A stretch of DNA of 64,000 bases from Malacoraja senta (lineage: Eukaryota). The notes beneath the pieces were generated by a model. The model ran no database searches and was not told the DNA's origin. It worked only from the letters and a program-made list of their open reading frames with translations. The translations under genes and the position numbers were made by a program. Shown here one piece after another: positions 59,795 to 64,000 of this stretch (position 1 is the stretch's first letter; every line of letters begins with the position of its first letter). The DNA lies in contig JAXLNO010000620.1 of the NCBI GenBank assembly GCA_038087875.1, positions 186,001-250,000 on the forward strand, written 5' to 3'.

Positions 59795-61960
59795 GCCCTG
59801 GAGCCGTTACAGAGGGAGGAGCGACGTCCGGGCGGTAGGTTCAAAAACCCATCGCGGGGCTTGTTTGAGCAGAGGCCCAGGAGCCGTTACAGAGGAGGAA
59901 CCAAACTCTGCAATGTTCCATCTGCAGTTCACACTTCAAATTAAGTGGGCTGGAGGAAGCCACTGATTGGTGGAAACGGATTAGGCGAAGCCGCTGATTT
60001 ACTTATACCCAGGGTAAGGCTTTGTATTGAATTCAGGATAAGACTTTGTATATTATCCTAGGTACAGAAGGGGAGAATGAGGGCCAGGGCAGTTTACTGT
60101 TCTGGATGTCAGATGTGGGAGGTCATGGAGTCTGATACCCCTCCAGACGTCCACATCTGTGCCAGGTGCGTCGAGATGGGGTTCCTAAGGGACCGTGTTA
60201 GGAACCTGGAGCAGCAGCTCGATGACCTCTGTCTGATCAGGGAGAGTGAGGAGGTTATAGAAAGGAGTTATATATAGGGAGGTGGTCACTCCAAGACCAC
60301 GGGAGGCAGACAAGTGGGTCACTGTTAGGAAGGGCAAGGGGCAGAGGCAAGGACTAGTGAGTACCCCGGTGGCTGTACACCTTGAAAATAAGTACTCCTG
60401 TTTGAGTACTGTTGGGGGGGACAGCCTTCCTGCGGGTAGCGACAGCGGCCGGGCCTCCAGCACAGAGACCGGCCCTGTTGCTCAGAAGGGTAGGGAAAAG
60501 AAGAGGAGGGCAATAGTAATAGGGGACTCTATAGTTAGGGGGTCAGATAGGCGATTCTGTGGACGCAGTCAGGAGACCCGGATGGTAGTTTGGCTCCCTG
60601 GTGCCAGGGTCAGGGATGTGTCTGAACGCGTCCAAGATATCCTGAAATCCGGAGGGAGAGGAGCCTGAGGTCGTGATACATATAGGTACCAATGACATAG
60701 GTAGAAAGAGAGAAGAGGTCCTGAAAGGAGAATTTAGGGAGTTGTGAGGAGAGTTAAGGAGAAGGACCAAAAATATAACAATCTCAGGATTATTAGCTGT
60801 GCCACGCGACAGTGAGAGTAGGAATGGAATGAGGTGGAGGATAAATGCGTGGCTGAGGGACTGGTGCAGTGGGCAGGGATTCAAGTTTCAGGATCATTGG
60901 GACCTCTTTTGGGGAAGGTGTGACCTGTACAAAAAGGACGGGTTGCACTTGAACCCGAGGGGGACCAATATCCTGGCGGGGAGATTTGCAAAGGCTACTG
61001 GGGAGACTTTAAACTAGAACGGTTGTGGGGAGGGACTCGAATAGGGAAAGCTAGTAGTCAGGGTGTGAGGCAGGAGGCAGAGAAGGGAAGCACTCGGACC
61101 CAAATTGTAGGGGAGAAAGAAGACAAAAATAATAAACAGAGAATAAGTGGTGGTGGGTTTCTTAAATGTGTATATTTAAATGCTAGGAGCATTGTAAGAA
61201 AGGTGGATGAGCTTAAAGCCTGGATTGACACCTGGAAGTATGATGTTGTGGCGATCAGTGAAACATGGTTGCAGGAGGGCTGTGAGTGGAAACTAAATAT
61301 TCCAGGATTTCGTTGCTTTAGGTGTGATAGAGTTGGAGGGGCAAGAGGTGGGGGTGTTGCATTGCTTGTCAAGGAAGATATTACAGCAGTGCTTTGGCAG
61401 GATAGATTAGAGGGCTCGTCTAGGGAGGCTATTTGGGTGGAACTGAGAAATGGGAAAGGGGTAGCAACACTTATAGAGGTGTATTATAGACCGCCTAATG
61501 GAGAGCGAGAATTGGAAGAGCAAATATGTAAGGAGATAGCAGATATTAGTAGTAAGCACAAGGTAGTGATTGTGGGAGATTTCAATTTTCCACACATAGA
61601 CTGGAAACACATTCTGTAGACAGAGTTGACGTGGATAAGCTTTTCCCATTGAGAGTAGGGAAGATTCAAACAAGAGGACATGACTTGAGAATTAAGGGAC
61701 AGAAGTTTAGGGGTAACATTAGGGGGAACTTCTTTACTCAGAGAGTGGTAGCTGTGTGGAATGAGCTTCCAGTGGAAGTGGTGGAGGCAGGTTCGATTTT
61801 ATCATTTAAAAATAGATTGGATGGGTATATGGATGAGAAAGGAATGGAGGGTTATGGTCTAAGTGCACGTAGATGGGACTAGGGGAGAAAATGTGTTCGG
61901 CATGGACTTGAAGGGCCGAGATGGTCTGTTTCCATGCTGTAATTGTTATATGGTTATATA
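59795..61960 (+). mobile_element. CR1-clade LINE with 5' UTR, ORF1 (Zn-finger + SGNH esterase), ORF2 APE endonuclease, internal RT deletion and 3' end
   Basis: ORF1: CSGCQMWE..HICARC, IVIGDSIVRG, HIGTND, DGLHLN. ORF2: NARS, SETWL, GGGVAL, GDFN. At ~61618 it jumps to DRVDVDKLFPL and a 3' UTR matching 45968-46321. Confidence 0.9.
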
Positions 61961-62632
61961 GGTACAGCAGGCAGTGAAGAAAGCTAATGGAATGTTGGCC
62001 TTCATAACAAGAGGATTTCAGTATAGGAGTAGAGAGGTTCTCCTGCAGTTGTGTAGGGCTCCGGTAAGACCACATCTGTAGTATTGCATACAGTTTTGGT
62101 CTCCTAATTTGAGGAAGGACATCCTTATGATTGAGGCAGTGCAGCGTAGGTTCAGGAGATTGATCCCTGGGATAGCGGGACTGTCATATGAGGAATGATT
62201 GAAAAGGCTAGGCTTGAATTCACTAGGGTTTAGAAGGATGAGGGGAGATGTTATAGAAACATATAAAATTTTAAAACGACTGGACAAGCTAGATGCAGGA
62301 AAAAATTTCCCAATGTTGGGCGACTCCAGAACCAAGGGCCACAGTCTTAGAATAAAGGGGAGGTCATTTAAGACTGAGGTGAGAAAACCTTTTCACCCAG
62401 AGAGTTGTGAATTTGTGGAATTCCTTGCCACGGAGGGCAGTGGAGGCCAAATCACTGGATGGATTTAAGAGAGAGTTAGATAGAGCTCTGGGGGCTGGAG
62501 GAATCAAGGGATATGTGGAGAAGGCGGGCTTGGGTTTTTGATAGGGGACGATCAGCCATGATCACAATGAATAGCGGTGCTGGTTCGAAGGGCCGAATGG
62601 TCTCCGCCTCCACCTATTTATAATGTTTCTAT
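61961..62632 (+). mobile_element. CR1 3' fragment
   Basis: QQAVKKANGMLAF...; decayed; CR1 3' UTR. Confidence 0.85.
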
Positions 62633-63123
62633 GAAATATTTTCCCAATGTTGGGGAAGCCCAGAACCAGGGGCCACACAGTTTTTCACCCAGAGAGTTGT
62701 GAGTCTGTGGAAATCTCTGCCTCAGAGGGCGGTGGAGGCCAATTCTCTTGATGCTTACAAGAGAGAGTTAGATTGAGCGCTTAAAGATAGCAGAGTCAGG
62801 GGATATGGGGAGAAGGCAGGATCGGGGTACTGATTGTGGATGATCACCCATGATCACGGTGAATGGCGGTGCTGGCTCGAAGGGCCGAATGGCTTACTGC
62901 TGCACCTTTTGTCTATTGTTTATTCGGTAGACACAAAATGCTGGATTAACTCAGCAGGACAGGCAGCATCTCTGGAGAGAAGGAATGAGTGACGTTTCGG
63001 GTCGAGACCCTCTTTAGTACATTTGTTTGACGTATTATGGTGGTGAGTTTCGTTTCATTTTATTTTGTACGGTTTAGTATTATTGTTACTAATTGATTGA
63101 ATTATTTTTGGTTTAATAAACAG

Positions 63124-63622
63124 TGCCAGCCCCGCTCACCCTGAACCCGGACACGGCCAACCACGAGGATCTGTGCAGCATGTGGATGGGGGCGGAGAGG
63201 AAGTCCCTGCCCGAGTCCCGGCGGAGGTTTGACCGATGTGCTGGCGTGCTGGCATGCAGGGCTTCGCGTCCGGCTGCCACTACTGGGAGGTGGAGGTTGG
63301 TGGCAAGACGGAGTGGGACCTCGGCGTGGCACGGCGATCGTGCCAGAGGAAGGGCAGGGTGGAGCGCCGGCCCCGGGAAGGCTACTGGAGAATGAGCCTA
63401 CGGAGAGGCGAGGGGTACCAGGTTGTCACCGAGCCCTACACCCCCCTCACCCTGGAGCGCGGACCCCTGACCGTCGGCGTCTACCTGGACCACGAGGGCG
63501 GCCAGGTGTCCTTCTACGATGCCGGCAGCATGGCGCACCTGTACACCTTCACCCACACCTTCTCCGAGACCCTCCACCCCTACCTCTGCCTCACCGATGG
63601 GGGAAGAACGCCGAGCCCATGA
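63124..63622 (+). pseudogene. Second copy of the orphan PRY-SPRY exon, more decayed
   Basis: Near-identical to 40977-41491 but with an in-frame ~15-nt deletion in PRY (ANHED vs TNPWLQLSED) and a frameshift at ~63255; same C-terminal frameshift. Confidence 0.87.
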
Positions 63623-64000
63623 AGATCTGCCGGCTCACCAGCCAGTCACAGCACCACCTGCCCGTGACGTTACCCGCCCACTCCGATACCTCATCCGCCA
63701 CCACCCGTCACCTCCACCCATCCTAACTGTGGATAGACACCGAGTGCTGGAGTAACTCAGCGGGTCAGGCAGCATCTGTGGAGAACATGGATAGGTGACG
63801 TTTCACAGAGTGCTGGAGTAACTCAGCGGGTCAGGCGGCATCTGGTTTCTTCCCACACTTCAAAGACGGACAGGTTTGTTCGCTAATTGGCTTCGGTAAA
63901 ATTGAAAATGACAGTGTTAGTGTGCGGGGTGGTCGCTGGGCGTTGTGGACTAGGTGGGCCGAAGGGCCTGTTTCCGCACTGTATCTCAAGTCTAAAGATC

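Overview
Repeat-rich vertebrate genomic DNA, most likely a cartilaginous fish such as a skate or ray (inferred from HE1-type tRNA SINEs, CR1/Rex1/L1/L2 LINEs, Penelope fragments and the TRIM style; not provable from the window). 1-29.5 kb is a ~5-copy tandem array with a 6.0-7.6 kb unit that looks like TE debris. Each unit hides four GT-AG micro-exons (78/48/33/33 nt, all phase 2-2) that splice into one stop-free frame. That frame encodes an unrecognised repetitive Ser/Asp-rich protein with two furin-type sites (RRRR|S, RVKR|S) per repeat, and a candidate terminal exon lies at 31.4-32.7 kb. The rest of the window holds LINE fragments, two duplicated orphan PRY-SPRY (B30.2) exons (41 kb, 63 kb), a six-exon TRIM pseudogene (47.4-53.3 kb), a four-exon minus-strand fragment of NELFE lacking the RD/RRM exons (56.1-58.2 kb), Penelope-derived repeats with hammerhead ribozyme cores, a 200-N gap and an internally deleted CR1.
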